Of a DNA stretch of 64,000 nt, positions 27,413-34,209 are shown piece by piece. The notes below the pieces were generated by a model, which was not told where the DNA came from, made no database searches, and was given only the letters and a program-made list of their open reading frames with translations. The DNA comes from Nitrosomonadaceae bacterium (GTDB lineage Bacteria > Pseudomonadota > Gammaproteobacteria > Burkholderiales > Nitrosomonadaceae): positions 33 to 64,032 of the forward strand of contig JAZGCR010000202.1 of the NCBI GenBank assembly GCA_036477105.1, in the 5' to 3' direction. The position numbers and the translations under genes were made by a program. Within the stretch, counting starts at the first letter, position 1, and the number at the start of each line of letters is the position of its first letter.

Positions 27413-27946
27413 ATGAAACAATTAATATTGTCTTTAGCATTAATAATATTGATAAATCCTATCTATGCATCAGAACATGACGACAGCGGATTTTATGTTG
27501 GGCTCAAAACCGGTGTGTGGGAATTTACGGAAGATCCGATCGGCAAGTTTAGCAGTTCATCGACCGGTATTTTTGGTGGTTATAAATATAACCGTTACCT
27601 GGCCATAGAATTGGATTACCTATCCAACACGCGCGCCACTGCCAGCAATGCTACAGAAAGCAGTACCGTTGAATCTAATTCCTATATTTTGGCTTTGCGG
27701 CCCATATTACCGTTGAATGATGAGTGGGAACTATTTGCAAAATTCGGTGTGGAGTATTACCGGTTCCACGATACAATCACGCAGATAGATGGCACATCAA
27801 AGAACATAACGGGTGAGAAAAATGTCTATTCCCAAGGTGTCGGGATCGGATGGAACAAAAACAATTTTCAGGTTCGTGCCGAAGTCCAGGGAGACAAGGA
27901 ATTTGATTTCAGGGTTTATTCTATTGGGTTAGCGTACAACTTTTGA
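27413..27946 (+). CDS. small outer-membrane beta-barrel protein (OmpX/OmpA-N-like)
   Basis: It has a signal peptide, alternating amphipathic strands and a C-terminal ..YSIGLAYNF. An AGGAGG RBS is present. Confidence 0.7.
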   Translation: MKQLILSLALIILINPIYASEHDDSGFYVGLKTGVWEFTEDPIGKFSSSSTGIFGGYKYNRYLAIELDYLSNTRATASNATESSTVESNSYILALRPILPLNDEWELFAKFGVEYYRFHDTITQIDGTSKNITGEKNVYSQGVGIGWNKNNFQVRAEVQGDKEFDFRVYSIGLAYNF

Positions 27947-27958
27947 CTGAAATAGGAA

Positions 27959-27983
27959 ATGTGGGATTTTAAAAGTCCCACAT
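27959..27983 (+). terminator. hairpin terminator after the OMP gene
   Basis: ATGTGGGATTTTAAAAGTCCCACAT is a near-perfect palindrome followed by GTTT. Confidence 0.55.
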
Positions 27984-28048
27984 GTTTACCACACTATCCA
28001 ATCCGGATAGTGCTTAACATACCCACTATGGGTTAAATGGAGAAGGCT

Positions 28049-28186
28049 ATGAAGAAGTTGATTTTAGCAGTTGCAGCAGTCGGTTTATTTACTGCTGTAG
28101 GTGTGTTTGCTTATACACAGGCTGATTCACTCGAAACTCAAGATCAGGGTCGATGGTGTTGGCTGACTATCTGTGATAACTATTAA
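28049..28186 (+). CDS. 45-aa exported peptide with C-terminal Cys pair
   Basis: MKKLILAVAAVGLFTAVGVFAYTQADSLETQDQGRWCWLTICDNY; GGAGAAGG RBS. It is below the 60-aa cutoff of the supplied track. Confidence 0.45.
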   Translation: MKKLILAVAAVGLFTAVGVFAYTQADSLETQDQGRWCWLTICDNY

Positions 28187-28264
28187 GACCGTTAGTCTGC
28201 GGCCTTAATATTTCTGACTCATCAATGCCTCCAGGAGGGGGCATTCAGTGGTTTCAATCTGGTT

Positions 28265-28292
28265 GTTGCTGTGAATCGATCTCTCCACCACT
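28265..28292 (+). repeat. island motif copy 2
   Basis: GTTGCTGTGAATCGATCTCTCCACCACT, immediately 5' of the RBS AAGAGGAA of the next ORF. Confidence 0.75.
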
Positions 28293-28308
28293 AAGAGGAA
28301 TTAATATA

Positions 28309-28467
28309 ATGAAAAATGGTTCTTGGTTTTTATTGGCGGCATCATTGGTCACTTTAGTGATAGGGCATATGTTTATTGTAGCTTCAATAGGCAAGGATGT
28401 TGGTACAGCAGGAGCAGGCATAGCCGTTTTTGCGGGCATCTATGGAATTAGGGCGTACTATAGATAG
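28309..28467 (+). CDS. small two-TM membrane protein
   Basis: MKNGSWFLLAASLVTLVIGHMFIVAS..GAGIAVFAGIYGIRAYYR. The AAGAGGAA RBS favours ATG 28309 over the track start 28225. Confidence 0.5.
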   Translation: MKNGSWFLLAASLVTLVIGHMFIVASIGKDVGTAGAGIAVFAGIYGIRAYYR

Positions 28468-28486
28468 GGCACTCAGCACCGTTAAC
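28462..28486 (+). repeat. island motif copy 3
   Basis: AGATAGGGCACTCAGCACCGTTAAC overlaps the stop codon of the preceding ORF and precedes the RBS AAAGAGGAAG. Confidence 0.7.
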
Positions 28487-28502
28487 TAAAGAGGAAGTTA
28501 AT

Positions 28503-28871
28503 ATGAAAAAAGAAAAATGGAAAGGGCTTTTGCTAGCATTGCTAGTTGTTGTGTCTCTAAATATATCCATTGTGGATAAGGCCGAAGCAGGGCTGTCATG
28601 GCTAAGTCGTGCCAATTGCGCCAGTTTTAACGAAAGTGTTACCTGGGATATCCTGTCACATTATCTGTGGACCTATACGAGCCATTCTAAAAACGGCGTG
28701 TTTATGCATGGGTGGAATACTGGCTGGCGATATACCTGGCGTAGCTATGCGGGAGACAATGAATGGCCTGGAGGATGGTATGTATGGGGCAACCATTACA
28801 GGTGGTTGCATTGGAATATATACAAACTCGGAAGCACCCACACAACTAGCTGTAACCTAAGTCAATGGTAA
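28503..28871 (+). CDS. exported Trp-rich protein, unknown function
   Basis: It has a signal peptide (..VDKAEA), and the mature part is rich in W/Y/H/N (..WNTGWRYTWRSYAGDNEWPGGWYVWGNHYRWLHWN..). Confidence 0.6.
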   Translation: MKKEKWKGLLLALLVVVSLNISIVDKAEAGLSWLSRANCASFNESVTWDILSHYLWTYTSHSKNGVFMHGWNTGWRYTWRSYAGDNEWPGGWYVWGNHYRWLHWNIYKLGSTHTTSCNLSQW

Positions 28872-28897
28872 TGCATAAATTGTAAAAGGTAAGAAAA

Positions 28898-29572
28898 ATG
28901 AAAAATATCATTATTTTTATGATCGCTATTGTATATTCGCTTGCGGCATATTCGAACAGTGACGCGCAGGAACCGATGTATGTCCCCCCCGGCATTACTT
29001 ATCAGTCTATTGATGATATGCAAGTGCCTTTGTTTTTCAAGAATATGGCAAAGCACCAACGTAGGCAAATGGAAGATCAGGGCTATATCGATGCCAATAA
29101 CGATGAAGTTGTTGATATGGAATCCTATTCGATGAATGGTCGCACCGGTAGGGATCTGCACCAAATGGTTGATATAGAAAGCAAGCTAGCAATTATCCCT
29201 GCTGACTTAAGTAATACTCCATTTGCAAAAGCCGTTTTTATTGGTGCTCTATATGCTGGTGGTCTCACTGATGGTGGATGGAGTGGTATAGAGCGTGTGT
29301 TTAGATTCCCTAAATTGGGACTCGTAAGGCTGGATGAATCAGACTATGTAATAGCCGGTGGTGGTGCCGTCATAGCTACAGAAGCAGTCAACGATAAGGT
29401 TAATGGAGCAGCCGCCGTTTTTGTAGTGAAGCAAACTCGTAATAAGCGAGTGGTAACGGAACTGATGTGGTTTGGCGATACCAAGATCTACACCCTGACA
29501 ACGGCCAACAAGATGGTTAGAGAAGATGCGCTGCACAAGAGGCTTATTAGCCTGGCAGAGTCTATTAGATAG
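28898..29572 (+). CDS. exported protein, unknown function
   Basis: 224 aa with an N-terminal signal peptide (MKNIIIFMIAIVYSLAAYS). It is coupled closely to the previous gene with no motif copy between them. Confidence 0.6.
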   Translation: MKNIIIFMIAIVYSLAAYSNSDAQEPMYVPPGITYQSIDDMQVPLFFKNMAKHQRRQMEDQGYIDANNDEVVDMESYSMNGRTGRDLHQMVDIESKLAIIPADLSNTPFAKAVFIGALYAGGLTDGGWSGIERVFRFPKLGLVRLDESDYVIAGGGAVIATEAVNDKVNGAAAVFVVKQTRNKRVVTELMWFGDTKIYTLTTANKMVREDALHKRLISLAESIR

Positions 29573-29592
29573 CTCACGCTCTCCACCATTAA
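29567..29592 (+). repeat. island motif copy 4
   Basis: AGATAGCTCACGCTCTCCACCATTAA overlaps the stop of 28898..29572 and precedes the next start. Confidence 0.7.
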
Positions 29593-29604
29593 CAAGGCAA
29601 TAAA

Positions 29605-29934
29605 ATGATGAAATTCATATTAGCAATAATGCTCAGTGTACTAATATTGGGATGCGCTGTTACTAAAGTCCCTGTTGTCATTGGTGGAAGTAGGGCAGAC
29701 GGTACAGTAGACACTATGTATACCTATGGCACCTTACAAAATGTGACAGTGGATATGATACCTACAGACAAAGCAGCATTATCCATATGTAAAAGATGGG
29801 GATATACCGATATAGAACGTTTCCCTTCTGGAACTCGTGAATGTGGTGGCTATGATTACAAAGGGGGTTGCGTAGATCCACAAATCAATCACAAGTATCA
29901 GTGCGTCAATGAGAGTAAATTGTCTAATGAATAA
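29605..29934 (+). CDS. lipoprotein (YecR-like?)
   Basis: It has the lipobox LILGCAV. The pattern ..GGSRADGTVDTMY..CKRWGYTDIERF..C..YQC recalls YecR-type lipoproteins. Confidence 0.55.
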   Translation: MMKFILAIMLSVLILGCAVTKVPVVIGGSRADGTVDTMYTYGTLQNVTVDMIPTDKAALSICKRWGYTDIERFPSGTRECGGYDYKGGCVDPQINHKYQCVNESKLSNE

Positions 29935-29983
29935 TTCATTTTGTAGCTTCTACTTTGGCTAGTTTCCGCACACAAATTTGATA

Positions 29984-30021
29984 GTGTGAATAGGGCACCA
30001 TCCACCATTAGAGGGGTGCCC
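29984..30021 (+). repeat. island motif copy 5 embedded in a hairpin (right island border)
   Basis: In GTGTGAATAGGGCACCATCCACCATTAGAGGGGTGCCC, GGGCACC (29993..29999) pairs with GGTGCCC (30015..30021). Confidence 0.7.
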
Positions 30022-30244
30022 CATTTAGTCGTATACCATACTCTTGAAAGCATCTAAATTTTGATATTTGCTGCCATAGCCCTGTTCCGCTATTTCATCG
30101 AGCTGGTATATTTCCATTGCCTCGATAGTTTCTCGGGCTTGTTCAGCGGAATAACCGATAATAAAGCACAGGTAGTAATAGATGCATGCCAGGCGCTGGG
30201 TTTTGGTAAGGCGCTTCTTGATCAGGATGCCTAGCTTGTTTTTT

Positions 30245-30832
30245 CTACGCGACCGACTCAATGTAGTATTCCCAGGCCTGTTGAACAGAAACAAAACGAT
30301 CATGATCGCCACCAGGTCTGTCTGGGTGCGAGTCTCTGCGCTTTTTCTTGAATGCTGACTGAACTTCATTGTGCGTGGCTGTAGGTGAAACCCCCAATAT
30401 TGCCCACCACTCGCCAGAACTTTGATCTGTAAGAGCCTGGAACCCACTGAAAGCCCGTTCCATCATATCAGATGCTCCCCATCGCTCAGTTCCCCGAATA
30501 GCCTCTACAGTTTTACGCAGCGCTTGGACGTTGTTCTTGACACCTATCCATCGATCACAGGCAAACACCATTGGCTTTTTCTTGTATTCGAAGTAAACAG
30601 CAGCACCTGGATCTTCAGGTTCTTTCCTACTGGCATAGGGCAGCCCATCTTGACGAAGTTCAACGTCTGTAGATAGTACGATATGCTTGGCACCCATCAG
30701 TTCGAGCTCATGCATTAAGCCGTCCCGTGCTTTGGCAAACGAAGTGCTAAATCTGGCATAATCTCTATATATGTTCTTTGTTGTTTTTATCCAGCCTGCC
30801 GGCCAGTCCAGTGGGTATGCTTCGGCTCCCAT
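30245..30832 (-). CDS. J-domain (DnaJ-like co-chaperone) protein with phage-specific N-terminal domain
   Basis: The C-terminus WWAILGVSPTATHNEVQSAFKKKRRDSHPDRPGGDHDRFVSVQQAWE has the HPD tripeptide and J-domain helices. Confidence 0.75.
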   Translation of the reverse strand: MGAEAYPLDWPAGWIKTTKNIYRDYARFSTSFAKARDGLMHELELMGAKHIVLSTDVELRQDGLPYASRKEPEDPGAAVYFEYKKKPMVFACDRWIGVKNNVQALRKTVEAIRGTERWGASDMMERAFSGFQALTDQSSGEWWAILGVSPTATHNEVQSAFKKKRRDSHPDRPGGDHDRFVSVQQAWEYYIESVA

Positions 30833-30865
30833 CGTTTACTCCTTATAACTTAATCAGAATATTAA

Positions 30866-31105
30866 TTAACTGGCCTGCCTGCATTTTTTGCAGTTAGACT
30901 GGAATCCATAACCACCATGTTTGTGACAATATTCAATGCCACTCTTTTGAAGCTTTTTATGGATAACCGCCTTGGCTCTTTCGCTGGCTTCGGCGCCGGC
31001 GATAAATATGGTTTTGACTGTATCCTCATCAGCGTCTTCCAGGCATTCCAGGCCCTCATCGGTCTTTAACCATTTGTCCCATTCATCGGCGAATTCGCTT
31101 TTCAT
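30866..31105 (-). CDS. hypothetical protein
   Basis: 79-aa ORF with a C-terminal Cys/His cluster (CHKHGG..CKKC); coupled to neighbours. Confidence 0.5.
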   Translation of the reverse strand: MKSEFADEWDKWLKTDEGLECLEDADEDTVKTIFIAGAEASERAKAVIHKKLQKSGIEYCHKHGGYGFQSNCKKCRQAS

Positions 31106-31476
31106 ATCAATCTAGGATCTCCCCTCATAAAAATCAGAGTTTCTGTCACACTATCAGTATGACTCGATGATGATTTTTGCCTGTAGATTTCATCAGTCAA
31201 TTCAAATTCAAGATCACTGCCCCATTCATCGAGCATTTCTTTGTCTTGGACGACATAATAATCCGAACATAATAATTTATGAAAGTTAACGATTTGAAAC
31301 TTCCATCCATTAGGGATGATAACTCGCCTGACGTTCCTTTCTACGATTTCATCACAATCAAAAATCACACCCAGGTTGGGTCCAAGTTTGTTGCGCAAAG
31401 ACCAAAACTTGATTTTCACAGGGGCGTATAATTTGGGTAACTCCATATCTCTATTCCTATTGGTCAGTGTGGGCAC
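31102..31476 (-). CDS. hypothetical protein
   Basis: 124-aa ORF, 4-nt overlap with the downstream gene. Confidence 0.5.
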   Translation of the reverse strand: MPTLTNRNRDMELPKLYAPVKIKFWSLRNKLGPNLGVIFDCDEIVERNVRRVIIPNGWKFQIVNFHKLLCSDYYVVQDKEMLDEWGSDLEFELTDEIYRQKSSSSHTDSVTETLIFMRGDPRLI

Positions 31477-31779
31477 TCATTTAAACATGTCCGTGGTACG
31501 GCTACAGCGGACTTTGATTTCATCGCCGGGGTTTAGGAAAGCAGTGCAGCAGGGCTTCCCACGATCGTCATATGTCCACTCAGGGGGGTATTCATCATCC
31601 TCTTCGTCATAGGCCATAGTGATAGCCACGATTCCACACACCTCATCATCTGAGCATTCATCATAATATTTGCCCTCACTCAAGTGTTTGTCCCTGGCAC
31701 ATTGAAAACACCAATCTTCCATAAACGATTCGCCTTCACTACCATTGCAGGGGCGATACTTTTCACCTGGAGTATTCAT
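31477..31779 (-). CDS. hypothetical Cys-rich acidic protein
   Basis: 100-aa ORF with C..C..CxxC-type spacing; contiguous with the next gene. Confidence 0.5.
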   Translation of the reverse strand: MNTPGEKYRPCNGSEGESFMEDWCFQCARDKHLSEGKYYDECSDDEVCGIVAITMAYDEEDDEYPPEWTYDDRGKPCCTAFLNPGDEIKVRCSRTTDMFK

Positions 31780-31812
31780 AGCTCCACCTCATTGGCATCA
31801 GAATATTTCATA

Positions 31813-32052
31813 TCAAGTCTTTGTCAACTCCTCTAGCATTGCTTCCCAGTCGGGACTCTCGCCTTTCATCGCTACCCACAGTAGGTTGTCTTTCATAGAA
31901 AAGCGCCGGTTCTCATTCCATTCACCAACATTCACTTTTGTAATAGATAACTCACCTCCCTGCCTTTGGCATTCTTCGACTACGGTGGCCTTTGTCACCT
32001 TGTTAAGTGGGTTAGCTGTGTTAGATAGTGCGCGTCTCTGATTTAAGCTCAT
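31813..32052 (-). CDS. hypothetical protein
   Basis: 79-aa ORF in the same operon. Confidence 0.45.
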   Translation of the reverse strand: MSLNQRRALSNTANPLNKVTKATVVEECQRQGGELSITKVNVGEWNENRRFSMKDNLLWVAMKGESPDWEAMLEELTKT

Positions 32053-32269
32053 TTTGTTTAATCTCTTTGATGTCCCAGCTTGCTATTTGGTAACCCGTCT
32101 CTTTCTCTTCAACTCCCCAGCTACTGGCCGTCCATTTTTTGACTTTAACAATATCGCCGATCTTGCCCGCATACCAATATTCCGGGCTGGAGCAAGCTAT
32201 AATTTCAACTCGGATAAATCTGCCGATAATCATTTTTAACTCCTCATTTCCATTATTGCTTAATTCCAC
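32021..32269 (-). CDS. hypothetical protein
   Basis: 82-aa ORF; overlaps its neighbours by short stretches. Confidence 0.45.
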   Translation of the reverse strand: MELSNNGNEELKMIIGRFIRVEIIACSSPEYWYAGKIGDIVKVKKWTASSWGVEEKETGYQIASWDIKEIKQNELKSETRTI

Positions 32270-32456
32270 GTTTTACCTTGATGGCATAGAGTTTTTTTTT
32301 GCTCAGTTTCATGTGAGCTTCAATGCTTGCTACATGGTAGGGTTTAAGTTGGCGGGTGCCATTCTTAAACTCGTTGTAACGTGGGTAAGCCAGCCCAAGC
32401 AGTTTTGCAGCTTGGGTGGGAGTAGTGTCGGTGTAGGCTTCAAAATCGGTTAGCAT
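32253..32456 (-). CDS. small HTH DNA-binding protein
   Basis: ..TPTQAAKLLGLAYPRYNEFKNGTRQLKPYHVASIE.. resembles an XRE/antitoxin-type HTH. Confidence 0.5.
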   Translation of the reverse strand: MLTDFEAYTDTTPTQAAKLLGLAYPRYNEFKNGTRQLKPYHVASIEAHMKLSKKKLYAIKVKRGIKQ

Positions 32457-32663
32457 TCATAGTACCGCTTTATGTATTGCTGATGAGGTTCGGAGGCTGA
32501 AATTACTATCTAGTTGGGGATGTTTGCCTGCTCTGACAGCACTATCAAAGCCTGCGTACCAGTCGCGCCAAGGCGGTGTGATTATTTTTAGTCTTACAGG
32601 GGCTGCACGAAACTCACCGTCCTTTGCTGCTTTTTCTCCGGCTCTATAATGTGTGCTTTTCAT
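32457..32663 (-). CDS. hypothetical protein
   Basis: 68-aa ORF abutting the next gene with no gap. Confidence 0.45.
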   Translation of the reverse strand: MKSTHYRAGEKAAKDGEFRAAPVRLKIITPPWRDWYAGFDSAVRAGKHPQLDSNFSLRTSSAIHKAVL

Positions 32664-32667
32664 CCTA

Positions 32668-33165
32668 TTATGCTCCTTGCTTATACAGCGTTAATGCCTC
32701 AGTAATAGGCAATTCATTCAGAAGCGTCCCATCAGGGTATTGCTCGCGGGCATGGCTGAATAATGCACAATCAGGTTTTTTGGTGCCCTTATAGCCAATC
32801 TCCATTAATTGCCCAGCGCTAATTTTAATCACTGCTTTTTTCTTGAGCAGTTTTTTCAAGTCTTTCAGCATTAGCCATTTGTTTACAAGGTCAGTGCAAA
32901 TACCTTCAATATCAGGCTGGTATTTAAAATCTAAAACCTCGTCATGTTCAATTGGAAGAGAGTCAATATATTTCTGCATTGAATCCCAGCCCTGCTTGTC
33001 TTCTACATACTGGTAATCGGCGCCCCCATGGCCATCATTGCTTGCTGTGCCAACTCGCTTGCCGTTAAAATAAACACTAGCCTCATAACAAAAAGTTTCC
33101 TGGCTAGCAAATCCAGAGTGCTTTATATTTTTTAATTCAATGTTACTCATTGTGTGATTCTCCAT
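32668..33165 (-). CDS. hypothetical protein
   Basis: 165-aa ORF with RBS AAGGAA upstream; first gene after a predicted promoter. Confidence 0.55.
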   Translation of the reverse strand: MENHTMSNIELKNIKHSGFASQETFCYEASVYFNGKRVGTASNDGHGGADYQYVEDKQGWDSMQKYIDSLPIEHDEVLDFKYQPDIEGICTDLVNKWLMLKDLKKLLKKKAVIKISAGQLMEIGYKGTKKPDCALFSHAREQYPDGTLLNELPITEALTLYKQGA

Positions 33166-33206
33166 AATTCCTTTTTAGTGTGTACAATGGCGTTGGCCAT
33201 GTACTT

Positions 33207-33235
33207 AATATACGCAATGAGTATAGATAATGCAA
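33207..33235 (-). promoter_or_regulatory. sigma70-like promoter (TTGCAT-17-TATATT) reading leftward
   Basis: On the minus strand: TTGCAT (33235..33230), a 17-nt spacer, then TATATT (33212..33207). An imperfect hairpin GTACATGGCC..GCCATTGTAC follows. It lies between the MTase stop and the next gene. Confidence 0.45.
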
Positions 33236-33257
33236 GCTTTATTTTAGGGTGACGGGG

Positions 33258-33980
33258 TTAAGCAACTAACAATCTCCAAGCAGCTGCAGTGCATTGTGGC
33301 ACTTGGCCGTTTCCAATGGCTTTAAGTCTGTCCACTTTTGCGGCCATCCCATTCGCAATTCCGAATGCGTTGGGTGCGGGTAAGTCATCGAATACATTAT
33401 TTTCACATAGTCTCGCCACTGGTCGAATCTTTGTGTACCTTTGTCCTTGCGTATTGCTGTCGTGCCACCTTTCCAGTCTGTAGCTAACATCGTTGGCAAC
33501 AATCCAGATTCTGTCTCTTCGGTGATCTGCGCCAGCATAGGCAGCTGATACAACTCCCCATTTCGCATCGTACCCCATCGCGGCAAGGTCGCAGCATACT
33601 CTGTCGAGTCCTCGAATAGTGAGCATTGGGCTGTTTTCAATGAGTGCGTATCGGGGTCGTACTTCGCCAATGATCCTTGCCATTTCTGTCCACAGGCCGC
33701 TTCTTTCTCCGTCGAGCCCTTCGCCGGTGCCAATGGCTGATAGATCCTGGCAGGGAAATCCTCCAGAAACGACATCAACACGACCTCGCCAAGGTCTGCC
33801 GTCAAAGGTGCAAACGTCATCCCAAATCGGGAAAGGCGGGAGAAGTCGGTCATTCTGTCGCTGGATAAGTATCCCTGTGGGGTAGGGCTCAATTTCAACA
33901 GCGCAGATTGTTTGCCATCCAAGCAATTGGCCTCCGAGTATTCCTCCACCAGCGCCTGCGAATAATGCCAACTCATTCAT
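33258..33980 (-). CDS. DNA (cytosine-5)-methyltransferase, short form
   Basis: The motifs are in order: LFAGAGGG (I), GGFPCQDLS (IV), IENSP (VI), DHRRDRIWIVA (VIII), VDRLKAIGNGQVPQ (X). Confidence 0.8.
   Translation of the reverse strand: MNELALFAGAGGGILGGQLLGWQTICAVEIEPYPTGILIQRQNDRLLPPFPIWDDVCTFDGRPWRGRVDVVSGGFPCQDLSAIGTGEGLDGERSGLWTEMARIIGEVRPRYALIENSPMLTIRGLDRVCCDLAAMGYDAKWGVVSAAYAGADHRRDRIWIVANDVSYRLERWHDSNTQGQRYTKIRPVARLCENNVFDDLPAPNAFGIANGMAAKVDRLKAIGNGQVPQCTAAAWRLLVA
33266..33976 (-). CDS. second full-length ORF in the +1 phase of the methyltransferase gene (possible overprinted gene or frame-switch module)
   Basis: 236 codons are open in an alternative same-strand frame. The sequence is protein-like (MSWHYSQALVEEY.., RWGTMRNGE, LLPT..ATDWKGG, ELRMGWPQKWTDL). 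Whether it is expressed is unknown. Confidence 0.4.
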   Translation of the reverse strand: MSWHYSQALVEEYSEANCLDGKQSALLKLSPTPQGYLSSDRMTDFSRLSRFGMTFAPLTADLGEVVLMSFLEDFPARIYQPLAPAKGSTEKEAACGQKWQGSLAKYDPDTHSLKTAQCSLFEDSTEYAATLPRWGTMRNGELYQLPMLAQITEETESGLLPTMLATDWKGGTTAIRKDKGTQRFDQWRDYVKIMYSMTYPHPTHSELRMGWPQKWTDLKPLETAKCHNALQLLGDC

Positions 33981-34001
33981 TTACCTTCCCCGCTCGACCG
34001 T

Positions 34002-34023
34002 GGGCGGTTTTCTGGGCGGTTTT
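34002..34023 (+). repeat. arm-type repeat pair GGGCGGTTTT x2 (P arm candidate)
   Basis: GGGCGGTTTT occurs at 34002..34011 and 34014..34023. The same decamer pair recurs at 34210..34230. Confidence 0.6.
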
Positions 34024-34124
34024 ATGCGATTTGTGGAAGTTTGGTGTGAGCCGCTGTGAAAGCAACTTGTTTAGAATCATGCACTTATCTACACAGTGCT
34101 TCATAGCGCAGCACACCCGGTAGA

Positions 34125-34148
34125 GTTCGAGTCCCGTCCGGTCCGCCA
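34125..34148 (+). other. attP core candidate: tRNA 3'-end-like segment
   Basis: GTTCGAGTCCCGTCCGGTCCGCCA parses as T-loop TTCGAGT, 5-nt T-stem, 7-nt acceptor strand, discriminator G and CCA. No matching 5' acceptor, D or anticodon arms lie upstream. The integrase gene ends 87 nt away. Confidence 0.6.
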
Positions 34149-34209
34149 TTTCCTTTCTCTTATTATTCATGTACTTAGGCCTCCTTTCGTTGCCCAGTTG
34201 TCCCCCTCG

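Noticed and set aside
28609-28860. 83-aa alternative-frame ORF inside the Trp-rich exported-protein gene, plus antisense ORF 28656..28841
   Set aside because: It is short, and the host gene is compositionally biased (TGG/TAT/AAC-rich), which depletes stops in other frames. It has no start context.
24858-30021. Integron attC sites / gene-cassette array
   Set aside because: The repeated motif is only about 25-30 nt and lacks the paired R''/L''-L'/R' inverted-repeat structure and GTTRRRY core of attC. No IntI-type integrase or attI is present. It is kept as an unexplained repeat family instead.
30025-30447. 140-aa minus-strand ORF overlapping the 3' end of the J-domain gene
   Set aside because: The overlapping part reads as an unprotein-like sequence in an alternative frame of a well-supported gene. 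Downstream of the J-domain stop there is no ATG, GTG or TTG start until 30 codons from the end (only a CTG at 30225). A small gene of about 66 aa cannot be excluded but is unsupported.
34060-34148. Possible intact tRNA gene
   Set aside because: Only the T-loop, T-stem 3' strand, acceptor 3' strand and CCA are present. The upstream sequence cannot form the complementary acceptor 5' strand (GGACCGG), the T-stem partner (ACGGG), or the D and anticodon arms. It is interpreted as an attP core, not a gene.
33973-34170. 65-aa minus-strand ORF between the methyltransferase and integrase genes
   Set aside because: It spans the tRNA-like attP core and one arm-repeat pair. It has no RBS or recognisable fold, so the region is more plausibly the attachment site.
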